From: Malacoraja senta
Lineage: Eukaryota
Direction of reading: 5' to 3'
Length of the DNA: 64,000 bases
Assembly: GCA_038087875.1 (NCBI GenBank)
Contig: CM075991.1
Location: forward strand, 5,146,001 to 5,210,000
Shown here: in pieces, positions 53,397 to 64,000 of the stretch
Position numbering within the stretch: the stretch's first letter is position 1
Layout: every line of letters starts with the position of its first letter
Position numbers and translations under genes: made by a program
Notes under the pieces: model-generated
What the model was told of the DNA's origin: nothing
What the model saw: only the letters and a program-made list of their open reading frames with translations
Databases searched by the model: none

Positions 53397-56300
53397 GTAA
53401 AGGCTTGTCGTGCGTTGCATGGGCAACACGGGTGCTCAATCACAGGGGTCGGGCTGTAAAGTGCATGTCCTCCCACACATTGCACTTTGGACTGATCACA
53501 CACACACACACTGCAGTTGTGAATCTGTGGAATTCTCTGCCGCAGAAGGCAGTGGAGGCCAATTCACTGGATGTTTTCAAGAGAGAGTTAGATAGAGCTC
53601 TTAGGGCTAACAGAATCTGGGGATATGGGGAGAAAGCAGGAACGGGGTACTGATTTTGGATGATCAGCCATGATCTTATTAAAATAGCAGTGCTGGCTCG
53701 AAGGGCCGAATGGTCTACTCCTGCACCTATTTTCAATGTTCTATCTATGTTTCTATGATCACACATTGTAAAGGCCAAAGACTTTAAAACTCCATTCGCT
53801 CTCCTTCCTCCTCACCCCCACTTAAATTGGAATTGCATTGAAAACTAAAAGGAGTGCTGGGATCATTTAGTTTCCAATGAAACTATGATCTTATTGAAAC
53901 ATATTAGATTATTAAGGGTTTGGACACGCTAGAGGCAGGAAATGTGTTCCCGATGTTGGGGGAGTCCAGAACCAGGGCCCACGGTTTAAGAATAAGGGAT
54001 AGGCCATTTAGAACCGAGATGAGGAAACACTTTTTCACACAGAGTTGTGAGTCTGTGCAATTCTCTGCCTCAGAGGGCGGTGAAGGCCGGTTCCCTGGAT
54101 ACCTTCAAGAGAGAGCTTGATATGGCTCTTAAAGATAGTCAGGGGATATGGGGAGAAGGCAGGAACGGGGTACTGATTGTGGATGATCAGCCATGATCAC
54201 ATTGAATGGCTCGAAGGGCCGGATGGCCTACTCCTGCACCTATTGTCAGGTTGGAGTTTGTGTTTGGAGATGGGCAAATATTTGAATATATATATTCCAT
54301 CGTTATCACCTTGTCCCCAACCAACAGAGACCATTCTGGGATCCACCTTTCCTGAGTCATCATGCAGGCTCTGCTTTGTTCTGTTTCTGTGCCTTCCCAT
54401 AATTTCCAGCTATCCCTCTCCTCTGACTCTCAGTCTGATGAAGGGTCTCGACCTGAAACGTTACCTATTCCTTTTCTCCAGACATGCTGCCTGACCTGCT
54501 GAGTTACTCCAGAACTTTGTGTGTATCTTTGGTGTAAACTGGAATCTGCAGTTCTTTCTTGCACAAATATTTTAATAATTTATATTTTATTATTTCTGGC
54601 AGGACGGGCAGTCCGGATGGACAGGCCATAGATGAAGGAGCAATGAGGGAGGGAGAGAGAGAGAGGAGGGAGAGAGAGACAGAGAGAGGAGGAAGGAGGG
54701 GGGATCGGAACCGCATATAGGACACTGTCTGCAGCTGGAAGTTAAAGTCAGAATGTTTTGTTGAACCCTTAACCCTTGCAGTTGGGTTAATATTAGAAAG
54801 GAGTGTGAAGATATCAGAATAGACACAAAGGAATTTTACTCAAGGGGTCCTGGGAGGAAGGATTTAAATTACAGAGGAGTTGTGAGGTCGCAGCATAAAG
54901 TTTATCAGTTTCGTTTATTGTCAGTGTACCAAGGCACAGTGAAAAACTGCCGCGTGCTATCCAGTCAGCGGAAAGACAATACATGATTACAATCGAGCCA
55001 TTTATCGTGTATAGATACATGATAAGGGAATAACGTGTAGTGCAATGTAAAGCCAACAAAGTACGTTCAAGGATAGTCCGAGTGTCACCAATGACGTAGA
55101 TAGTAGTTCAGGACTGCTCTCTGGTTATGGTAGGATGATTCAGTTGCGTGATAACAGCTGGGAAGAAACTGTCCCAGAAGCTGGAGGTGTGTTTTTTCAC
55201 ACTTCTATACCTTTTGCCTGATGGGAGAGAAGGAGTGACCAGGGTGCGACTCGTCCTTGATTATGCTGCTGGCCTTGCCGAGGCAGCGTGAGGTGTAAAT
55301 GGAGTCAATGGAACGGAGGTTGGTTTGTGTGATGGTCTGGGCTGTGTCCACAATTCGCTGAAATTTCTTGTGGTCTTGGATAGAGTTGTTCCCAAACCAA
55401 GTTGCGATGCATCCTGATAAAATGCTTTCTACGGTGCATCTGTGGAAGTCAGTGAGAGTTGTAGGGGACTTGCCGAACTTCTTAGGCCTTCTAAGGAAGT
55501 AGAGGCGTTTGTGTGCTTTCTTGGTCGTTGTTTCAATATGGGTGGTCCAGGAGAAGTTGTTGGTGATATTGACTCCTAGGAATTTGAGGTTTTCAAGCAT
55601 CTCTACTTCGGCACCGTCGATGCAAACTGGGGTATGTGCACCGCTTTGTTTCCTGAAGTCAATCACTATCTCCTTTGTCTTGCTGACATTGAGGGAAAGG
55701 TTGTTGTCTTGACACGAGGTTCTCAATCTCCTTCCTACATAGAAACTTGGAAAATAGCTGCAGGAGTAGGCCATTCGGCCCTTCGAGCCAGCACCGCCAT
55801 TCAAGATGACCATTGCTGATCATCCAAAATCAGTACCCCATTCCGGCTTTTTCCCCATATCCCTTGATTCCCTTAGTCCTAAGAGCTGAATCTAACTCCT
55901 TGTACTCCCACCTAAGTGGAATGTGGGAGGAAACTGGAGCACCCGGAGAAAACCGACGTGGACACTGGGAGAATGTGCAAACTCTGACAGCACCCATAGT
56001 CAGGATCGAACCCGAGTCTCTGACACTGTAAGGCCCCAACTCTACCACTCTGCTGCCCCTGAATGTGACTGTTCTAATATGGTCTTTAACCCTTGAACAA
56101 TTCTCAGCTTATGTGACCAGAATGACAGTGGAGATACGCGAGGGCTGGTGTAGGGTCCCGAATCGAAGCTTCAACGACTCCTCCTCCACCCACAGACGCT
56201 GCTCGACCCGTAGAGTTCCTCCACAGCGGTTTGTTTTGTGGCACCAGAATGACAGTGTGTTTCTTCTTCTCTTCCCCCCCCCCCCCCCGGTGCATCAGCT

Positions 56301-59300
56301 GTGATCGGGGCAGGCATCGGCGGAGCAGCGACTGCACACTTCCTACGGCAGTATTTCGGACGGGACGTGCAGATCGATGTCTACGAGAGCGGGGCAGTGG
56401 GGGGCCGAATGGCCAAGGCCACCATCAGCGGGCAGGACCACGAGATTGGAGCGGCAACCATTCACCCGCTCAGTCTCCACATGAAAGAGTTTGTTCGGCT
56501 GCTGGGTGAGTTTGCTGCAACTCTCGTCTGTAAAACAATTCCGAATTCAACAGCCTCTAATGTCGTACAGCACAGAAACAGGCCCTTCAGCCCATCATGA
56601 CAATTCTGACATTTTTGCTTATCGACAATAATCCCATTTAACCACATTTGCCCAACTCCACCCTCTATAAGATCTCCCCTCATCCTCCTGCCCTCCAAGG
56701 AATAAAGTTCCGGCATGCCCAACCTCTCCCTATAGCTCAGGCCCTCAAATCCTGGCAACGTCCTCGTAAATATTCTCTGCACACTTTCCAGCTTAACCAC
56801 ATCTTTCCTGTAACAGGGTGACCAGAACTGTACACGGTACTCAAAATGAGGCCCCAACAATGTCTACACTGCCCGCTGCGGCCTCAGCAAGTCCACCAGC
56901 ATAATCAAGGATGAGTCTCACCCTCATCACTCCCTCTTCTCCCTTCTCCCATCAGGCAAGCGGCACAGAAGTGTGACAACGCACACCTCCACATTCACGG
57001 TCAGTTTCTCCCCAGCTGTGTCAAGCAACTGAACCATCCTATTTTAAAATAGGATGAGGTGGGACCACATTGAAACCTACCGAATAGTGAAAGGCCTGGA
57101 TAGAGTCGATATAGAGAGGATGTTTTTCACTAGTGGGAGAGTAGGACCAGAGGCCATAATCTCAGAATAAAACGACGTACCTTTAAAAAGGAGATGAGGA
57201 GGAATTTCGTTTGTCAGAGGGTCGTGAATCTGTGGAATTCAGGCGGTTGTGGAGTCCAAGTAAATAGATATTTCTAAAACGGAGATTGACAGATTCTTGA
57301 TTAGTAAAGGTATCAGGAGTTATGGGGAGAAGGCAGGGGAATGGGGTTGAGAGGGATAGATAGATCAGCCATGATTGAATGTTGGAGTAGACTTGAAAGG
57401 CCGAATGGCCTAATACTGCTTCGAGAACTTACGAACATCACCATCTAGAGAGCAGTCCTGACTTCCCATCTATCTCATTGGAGACGATCAGACCATCTTT
57501 AATTGGACTTTACTGGACTTTATCTTGCACTAAACCTTTTTCCCTTGATCCTGTGTCTAGACATTGTGAACGGCCAGATTGTAATCATGTATAGTCTCTT
57601 TTCTGACCTGTCAGCACGCAACAAAACAGCTTTTCACCATACCTTGGTACGTGATAATAATAAACTAAACTAAGCTGGACACGTACTCCAGCATGGGGCA
57701 GTTGGGCCGAATGGCCTGTTTAGTTTAGTTTAGAGACCCAGCACAGAAACAGGCCCTTTGTCCCACCGAGTCCGCACCGACCAGCGATCCCCACACACTA
57801 ACACTATCCTACACACACTAGGGACAATTTACACATACACCAAGCCAATTCACCTACGTACCTGTAAGTCTTTGGAGTGTGTGAGGAAACCGAAGATCTC
57901 GGAGAAAAGCCATGCGGTCACATTTCTATGCAGTGAATTCGCACTAATGCCAGGATCTCTTCTATCCCTGTGTTTGTGGACACGGAAGGCCTTACGGAGC
58001 GTGATCACCTCAGCAACCTCCTGACGGTGTACAATGGCGAGGAGTTTGTGTTTGAGGAGAGCGAGTGGTACATTGTTAACTTCTTCAAGCTGCTCTGGCG
58101 GTACGGCTTTGACTTCCTACGGGTGAAGATGTGGCTGGAAAGTCATCAGCACAAGTTCATGAGGTAAGGGCTACCATTATCAAGAGAGCAGAGCTACTCG
58201 TAGACAACTGTTACGTTACCAACTTCTGATTTGGGTGAGTTGCAATGTCAGATCTCCTCCAGCTTTGTCCCAAACCATTGGACTCGGAAGAGCTTAGTCT
58301 CCACTTTGCCAGAATGTTGCTGATCCTTTAGACTTCGGACTTTAGAGATACTGCACGGCAACAGGCCCTTCGGCCCACCGAGTCCGCACTGAGTGTGTGG
58401 GCGCTAGGCAGATGGAACCGGGTGGGGGAAAAGTAAATAAACTGACTAATGGGGCGAGGGTTTGGAAAGAAGCGGGTGTGGAGAGGACCACTCGGGTTCC
58501 TCCAGCTGTTTGTTTCTTTGCTGGCGACTGAAGCATCTGTATTCCTCGCCTGCAGGATCTACCAGTACCAGAGCCTGGGCTACTCGTTCACCAGCATGGA
58601 TAAGATGCTGCAGGTGCTTGGAGGTGACACGTTTGTGCAGATGACCAAGCATTCCATTGACGAGGCCTTGCAGAAGATCGGCATCAGCCAGAGGTTCATT
58701 GATGAGATGGTTGGCCCCGTCATCAGGCTCACCTACGGGGAAGGGATCAACGTCAACGCATTCGTAGGTACACAAGCATTTCACCTTGTTCTTGCATTAC
58801 AGGTAGAGATAACAACATGGTTGTTCATTTAGGCCATAAGACCATAGGACAAAGGAGCAGAATTAGGCCATTCGGCCCATCGTCTGCTCCGCATTCAATC
58901 ATGGCTGATATAGTATTCCCTCTCAACCCCATTCTCCTGTCCCTTTAACACCCTTACGAATCAGGAACCTATCAATCTCTGCTTTAAAACTACCCAAAGA
59001 CTTGTTGGGCTGTAGCGATGAATTCCACAAGATTCACCACCTAAAGAAATTCCTCATCTCCATTCTAAAGGTACGTCCTTTTGTTCTGAGGCTGTGCCTT
59101 GTGGTCCTACTCTCTCTCACCACTGCAAATACCCTCTCTGCATCCACTCTATCTAGGCCTGAGTAGGTCTGAAGAAGGGTTTCGACCCGAAACGTCGCCT
59201 ATTTCCTTCGCTCCATAGATGCTGCCTCACCCGCTGAGTTTCTCCAGCAATTTTGTCTACCTTCGATTTTCCAGCATCTGCTGTTCCTTCTTAAACAAAC

Positions 59301-62226
59301 TATCTCGGCCTTTGGTAGGTTTCAATGAGATGCTCCCTCATCCTTCTAACTCCAGTGAGTACCGGCCCAGAGTCGTCAAATGCTCCTTGTTCTGTAACCC
59401 AATCATCCTCAGCATTGCTTTAGTAAACCTCCTCTGGACCCTCTCCAATGCCAGCACATCCATCCTCAGATATGATGCCCAAAGCTGCTCACAATATTCC
59501 AAATGTGTGCTTTATAAAGCCCCCGCATTACATCCTTGTTTGGTTGTAGTCTCTCCCATGTTTGACAGCTTTAACCTCCTGCAGGTAGGGGGCGTTACTT
59601 AGCCAACTGCTGCAACTTTGTGTGGGCAGGGATAATATGCCATGAAGATGCTCCAACACCAAGCCTCCCTCCACTACCCCATATTTCAGGTTGATGACCT
59701 TCCACAGATACTGTCTGACCCACCGAATGTCTGCAACAATTCCTGGTTCTGTGTCAGATTTCCAGTTTGCAGTTAGTTCAACTCTCATCATTGGTTTAAC
59801 ATCTTGTACCAAGTAGTTTAGTTTAGAGATACAGTGTGGAAACAGTCCTTCGGCCCGCCATGTTCCCCCACACACTGGTTCTATCCTACAGAGTAGGGAC
59901 AATTTTCAGAAGCCAATTAACCTGCAAACGTGCTCGTCTTTCGAATGTGGGAGGAAAGCGAAGCACCCGGAGAAAACCCCTGTGGTCACAGGTGGAACGT
60001 GCAAACTCCACACAGACAGCACCTGTGGGTCGGGATCGAACCCGGTCTCTGGCTCTGTGATGGAGCAAGTCTACCGCTGCACCGCCCCAACTCTGTATTG
60101 CTTAGAAAGCGTTCGTAGTCCCGTAAGTGGAACCTGTGAAATCTGAATCTGTGAGTCCGGAACGTCCCCTAGTCCTTTTCTCCAGAGATGTTTTCTGACC
60201 TGCTGGGTTACTCCAACTTTTAGTGGCTATCTTCGGTGAATCAGAGGTAAGGTGATAAATGGAACCAAAACTCACGGTGGACGCCTTTGCCACACCTGCA
60301 GGGATGACTTCGCTTTCGGAGACAGAGTCCGACCTGTGGACCGTGGGGGAGGGGAACGAGAAGGTTTGCTCAGGTTTGCTCTACACGACTAGAGTCAACC
60401 TCATCAAGGGAAAGGTCACCTCGGTCCATGCAAAGAAGAGGCCTCGTCGCGATGGTGAGTCCTATTTCTTGTTCCAACAGTTTCTAGTTCCAACAGTTAG
60501 TCAATGCCGTGTGCGGTCTGAAGAGAGCTGATAGGAGCCGAACAAAGGTATGTTCTTGGGCACTTTGTGTTCAAAGGACAGAAGAAGGGTCCCGACCTGA
60601 AACGTCATCTATCCATGTTCTCCAGGGATGCTGCCTGACCTGCTGGGTCACTCCAGCACTGTGTGTGCTCCTTTGACCGAATGTTATTGTTATTTCTTTA
60701 TCCTAATGTTGTGAAAGTTCTTGGAAGCTTCCAATCCCGATATGACTATTCCAGTTGATAACCAGAAATCTGTGAGTGCATAAAGAAGGTCATTTGGCCC
60801 ATTGAGATCATGCAGGCTGCAAGGAGAACAATTCCAATCATCATTTCCATTCCTTTCATTCTATCCACACAGGCCCCACAGATTGTATCAAATGCCCAAT
60901 CAATTCACTTTCTATTCATTGAATCGTTTCCAGCCCACGTGCGGGCAGTGGATTCCAAATTGCAACTGTTGTCTTGTGTAACAAAATAATTTACCTTGGT
61001 TTATTGGGGGTGAAATTTTGCTTGGGAAGTAGTGGCACAGTGGTGCAGCGGTAGAGTTGTTTCATCACAGCGCCAGAAACCCAGGTTCGATCCGGACTAC
61101 TGGTGTCATCTGTACGGAGTTTGTCCGCTCTCCCTGTGACCACGTGGGTCTTCTCCGGGTGCTCCGCTTTCCTCCCACACTATAAAGTCGTGCAGGTTTG
61201 TAGGTTAATTGGCTTCTGTAAATTGTCGCCAGTGTGCAGGAGGATAGGGCTAGTGTACGGTGTGATCGCCGGTCGGCTTGGACCCAGTGGGCTGGCGAGC
61301 CTGTTTCCGTGCTGTATCTCCAGCTTAAAGTGCCTTGGGACATTTCATGAGAGTGATGACGCAGGAAATCTAAACTTTGGACTTTAGAGATATAGCGTGG
61401 AAACAGGACCCACGGCTATCCTACTCAAGCCCATGTGGTTACAGGGAGAACATACAAACTCCGTACAGACAGCACCCGTAGTCAGAATCGAACCCGGGTC
61501 TCTGACACTGTAAGGCAGCAACTCTACCACTGTGCCGGTGGCTAAGTGTTCTATCCAGATAATGTTGAATTCTGTCCTTAAATTACAGGTGAGGTGGTTA
61601 CTGTCTATGAAGTGAACTACTTGGCTGATGCTGACACTGACTATGGGATATATGATATCGTAATTGTTGCTGCCCCCTTGCATAGTGCCAACCCGGATAT
61701 CGGTTTCCACGCTTTCTCCCAGCCGATTGACGTAGTTCGGGGCCAATATCAACAGAAGGTGGTCACACTGGTGGAAGGTCATTTAAACGCTTCCTTCTTT
61801 CGCTACCAAGGGGCCGGACCCTTCCACCCCACCACCATCGGCACCACCGTCACCTCGGGCAGCTTCGTCCTGGGCGCCAGCGTCTCGCTGCCCGCAGGGA
61901 GCGCCGAAGCCTCCGCCCGGGTCTGGAAGGTGCTGTCGTCCGAGCCGCTGGGCGAGGAGGGGCTGAGGGGACTCTTCCGATCCCACACGGCCATGCGACA
62001 GGCCCAGTGGCTCGCCCACCCCCGCTACAGCCCCGAAGACCGGGTGCCCCCCTTCGTCCTCCACCACCAGCTGTACCACCTCAACGCCATCGAGTGGGCG
62101 GCCAGCACCCTGGAGATGATGGCCATCGCCGCCAAGAATGTCGCCCTGCTCGCCCACCACCGCTGGTTCCAGCAGCTGGACAAGGTCGACCAAGACACGC
62201 CATTAAACCTTAAGCTCGAACTCTAA
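53294..62226 (+). CDS. pcyox1l: Prenylcysteine oxidase family gene (PCYOX1/PCYOX1L-like); join(53294..53396,56299..56505,57989..58163,58556..58767,60302..60454,61589..62226), 495 aa
   Basis: Signal-peptide-like N-terminus, FAD-binding motif IAVIGAGIGG..IDVYE..VGGR, family motifs IHPLSLHM, KFMRIYQYQ, NAFVG, YDIVIVAAPL, LNAIEWAAS, C-terminal KLEL*. Exons 103+207+175+212+153+638=1488 nt, GT-AG introns, phases consistent. Family is secure; paralogue assignment (PCYOX1 vs PCYOX1L) is not. Confidence 0.95.
54900..55720 (-). mobile_element. Rex1/Babar LINE 3' fragment in intron 1
   Basis: NNLSLNVSKTKEIVIDFRK...FLGVNIT..SW..H...RLYFLRR..KFG...VESILSGCI..WFG typical of RT C-terminal region. Confidence 0.85.
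56299..56505 (+). CDS. pcyox1l: Prenylcysteine oxidase exon 2 (GxGxxG FAD-binding)
   Basis: Pyrimidine tract + catcag acceptor; AVIGAGIGGAATAHFLRQYFG...FVRLL; donor G|GTGAGT. Confidence 0.96.
57989..58163 (+). CDS. pcyox1l: Prenylcysteine oxidase exon 3
   Basis: Acceptor ggaag|GC; GLTERDHL...YNGEEFVFEESEW...KFMR; donor AG|GTAAGG. Confidence 0.93.
58556..58767 (+). CDS. pcyox1l: Prenylcysteine oxidase exon 4
   Basis: Acceptor ctgcag|G; IYQYQSLGYSF...NAFV; donor G|GTACAC. Confidence 0.95.
59161..59299 (+). mobile_element. Solo Penelope pLTR unit with TSD, inside a CR1 fragment in intron 4
   Basis: Flanked by CTATCTAGGCCT (59149-59160) and CTATCTCGGCCT (59300-59311). Confidence 0.75.
59163..59202 (+). 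ncRNA. Minimal type-I hammerhead ribozyme motif (Penelope pLTR-derived)
   Basis: GTAGGT-CTGAAGA-A-GGGT(TTCG)ACCC-GAAA-CG-TC-GCCTAT: stem I GTAGGT/GCCTAT (two G-U), stem II 4 bp, palindromic ACGT stem III, predicted cleavage after 59196. Activity untested. Confidence 0.65.
60302..60454 (+). CDS. pcyox1l: Prenylcysteine oxidase exon 5
   Basis: Acceptor ctgcag|GG; GMTSLSETESDLWTVGEGNEKVCSGLL...KKRPRRD; donor G|GTGAGT. Confidence 0.94.
61589..62226 (+). CDS. pcyox1l: Prenylcysteine oxidase exon 6 (last coding exon)
   Basis: Acceptor ttacag|GT; YEVNY..YDIVIVAAPLH...EWAASTLEMMAIAAKNVALLAHHRW...LKLEL; TAA at 62224-62226. Confidence 0.96.
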
Positions 62227-62477
62227 CCCAAGTTGGCCAGAAAAGACTTTGAATGTTGACTTCAAGACCCTTCTGCACACTGGATGTTTGCTTCTACCTG
62301 AAGGGTTGGGTTATGTTAGCACAGAGTCACATTGAGAATCACGGCACAGAAAAAGACGATGCTGCCATTCCAGTCTGTGCTGGTTGACACTCCAAGCAAT
62401 TCTCTTCCCCTCACTATTGCTGCTTAATCACTCCACGTTGGAGGACATTTTGAATTCTCAATGCTCTCTTGGGGTCC

Positions 62478-62850
62478 CGCTTGGGCAGCTTACAACCCAG
62501 CAGTATGAATATTGAATTCTCTAACTTCAAGTAACCCTTGCTTTCCCTCTCTCTCTGTCCCTCCCCCACCCCAGTGCTCTGATTAGTTTCACTGTCCTGC
62601 TGATTCATTTTGCTGTTTGTCTGCCTCGTTGTCACCTTCCCCTCAGCCAATTATGAAACATTCTACATTTCCTTGATCATCGTCTGCTTTGCTCTGACAT
62701 TTTCACACCTTACCATTCCATATCTCTAGTCTCCCTCTCCCCTGACTCTCAGTCTGAAGAAGGGTCTCAACCCGAAACGTCACCCATTACTTCTCTCCAG
62801 AGATGCTGCCTGTCCCGCTGAGTTACTCCAGCTTTTTGTGTCTATATTCG
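62478..62850 (+). mobile_element. Penelope-like element 3' fragment downstream of the stop codon
   Basis: RLGSLQPSSMNIEFSNFK* then pLTR with CTGAAGAAGGGTCTCAACCCGAAACGTC at 62754-62781. Confidence 0.75.
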
Positions 62851-63120
62851 GTAGCCTTCTAAACAAATTTTGTCTAGAATTCCCACATAGATTGATCTGG
62901 AACATCCTATCTGGCTTGTACTTTTAGACACAAGGAACTGCATATCCTGGTTTACACAAAAGGATGCAAAGTGCTGGAGTAATTCAGTGGGTCAGGCAGC
63001 ATCTCTGGAGAACATGGATAGATGACGTTTTGTGTCGGGATCCTTCTGCAGACTGAACCTAAAGGGCAGCAGAGTGGCGCAGCGGTAGAGTTGCAGCCTT
63101 ACAGCGCCTGAGACCCAGGT

Positions 63121-63708
63121 TTACATACAGCCATACTAAAAAAAGCAACAAGACACACAACTACATAAAAGTTAACATAAACATCCACCACAGCGGATTC
63201 CCCATATTCCTCACTGTGATGGAAGGCAAAAAAGTCTAATCTTCTGCCCTCTTTTTTCTCCCGCGATCGGGGCAGTTGAACCATCCGCAGTTGGGGCGAT
63301 GGAAGCTCCCGCGGCTGGCGATCGAAGCCCCCGTGTTGGCGACGGTCGAAGCTCCCGCGATCGGGGCGGTTAAAGCTCCTGCGGCCTGGAGCTCCCAAAG
63401 TCGATCCCGAACCAAGGGACCGCGAGCTCCACGATGTTAAAGTCCGCAGGCTCCCACGGTTGGAGCTCCCGAAGTCGGTCCCCAGCAAGAGGACGCCAGC
63501 TCCACCACATTAGGCTGCAGTGCTGGCGGAGATACGATATGGGGGGAAATCGCAACTCCGTCGAGGTAAGAGATTTTAAAATGTTTCCACCAACCCCCCC
63601 CCCCCACCTAAAACTAAGCTAAATGACACTAACACATACATTTAACACATACTAAAAAACAACAAAGAAGAAAAAGGACAAGACAGCCTGTTGGCGAGGC
63701 AGCCATTG
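63121..63708 (-). mobile_element. Same retroposon family, nested in a V-SINE (63063-63960)
   Basis: SINE head ends ACCCAGGT at 63120 and resumes TTTGATTCTGACTACGGG at 63711; internal GAAGCTCCCGCG repeats. Confidence 0.65.
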
Positions 63709-64000
63709 CGTTTGATTCTGACTACGGGTGCTGTCTCAAAGCAGTTTGTATGTTCTCCCTGTGACCACGTGGGTTTTCTCCGGGTGCTCTGGTTTCCTCC
63801 CACACTGTGAAGACGTACAGTTTGTACGTTAATTGGCTTCTGTAAAGTTGGAAATTGTCCCTAGTGTTTAGGATAGTGCTAGTGCATGGGTGATTACTGG
63901 TCAGCGCGATCTCAGTGGGCCAAAGGGACGGTTTCTGCACTATATCTCTAAAGGCTAAAGTCTAAAGATACTGCCTGACCCGCTGTGTTACTCCAGCACT

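Noticed and set aside
61783..62193. 136-aa antisense ORF
   Set aside because: Shadow of GC-rich exon 6.

Overview
Repeat-rich vertebrate genomic DNA; the repeat repertoire (HE1-type V-SINEs with CR1 tails, Deu-domain SINE relics, Penelope-like elements) points to a cartilaginous fish (inference). One complete protein-coding gene is supported: a 6-exon prenylcysteine oxidase (PCYOX1/PCYOX1L family) on the + strand, CDS 53294-62226, 1488 nt / 495 aa, all introns GT-AG and in phase. The first ~52 kb holds no recognisable host exon and is a mosaic of SINEs, CR1, Rex1/Babar, L2, Tx1 and Penelope fragments, a composite Helitron, PIF/Harbinger-like MITEs and microsatellites. Most notable: ~90-140-nt Penelope-LTR units carrying a minimal hammerhead ribozyme motif that inserted as discrete TSD-flanked elements (one with a fully pairing core lies sense in intron 4 of the gene), a tandem array of hammerhead cores, mosaic MITEs with TAA/TTA flanks, and a ~208-bp SINE-anchored local templated insertion. 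All family assignments are by eye from recalled consensus features, not database searches; repeat boundaries are approximate.
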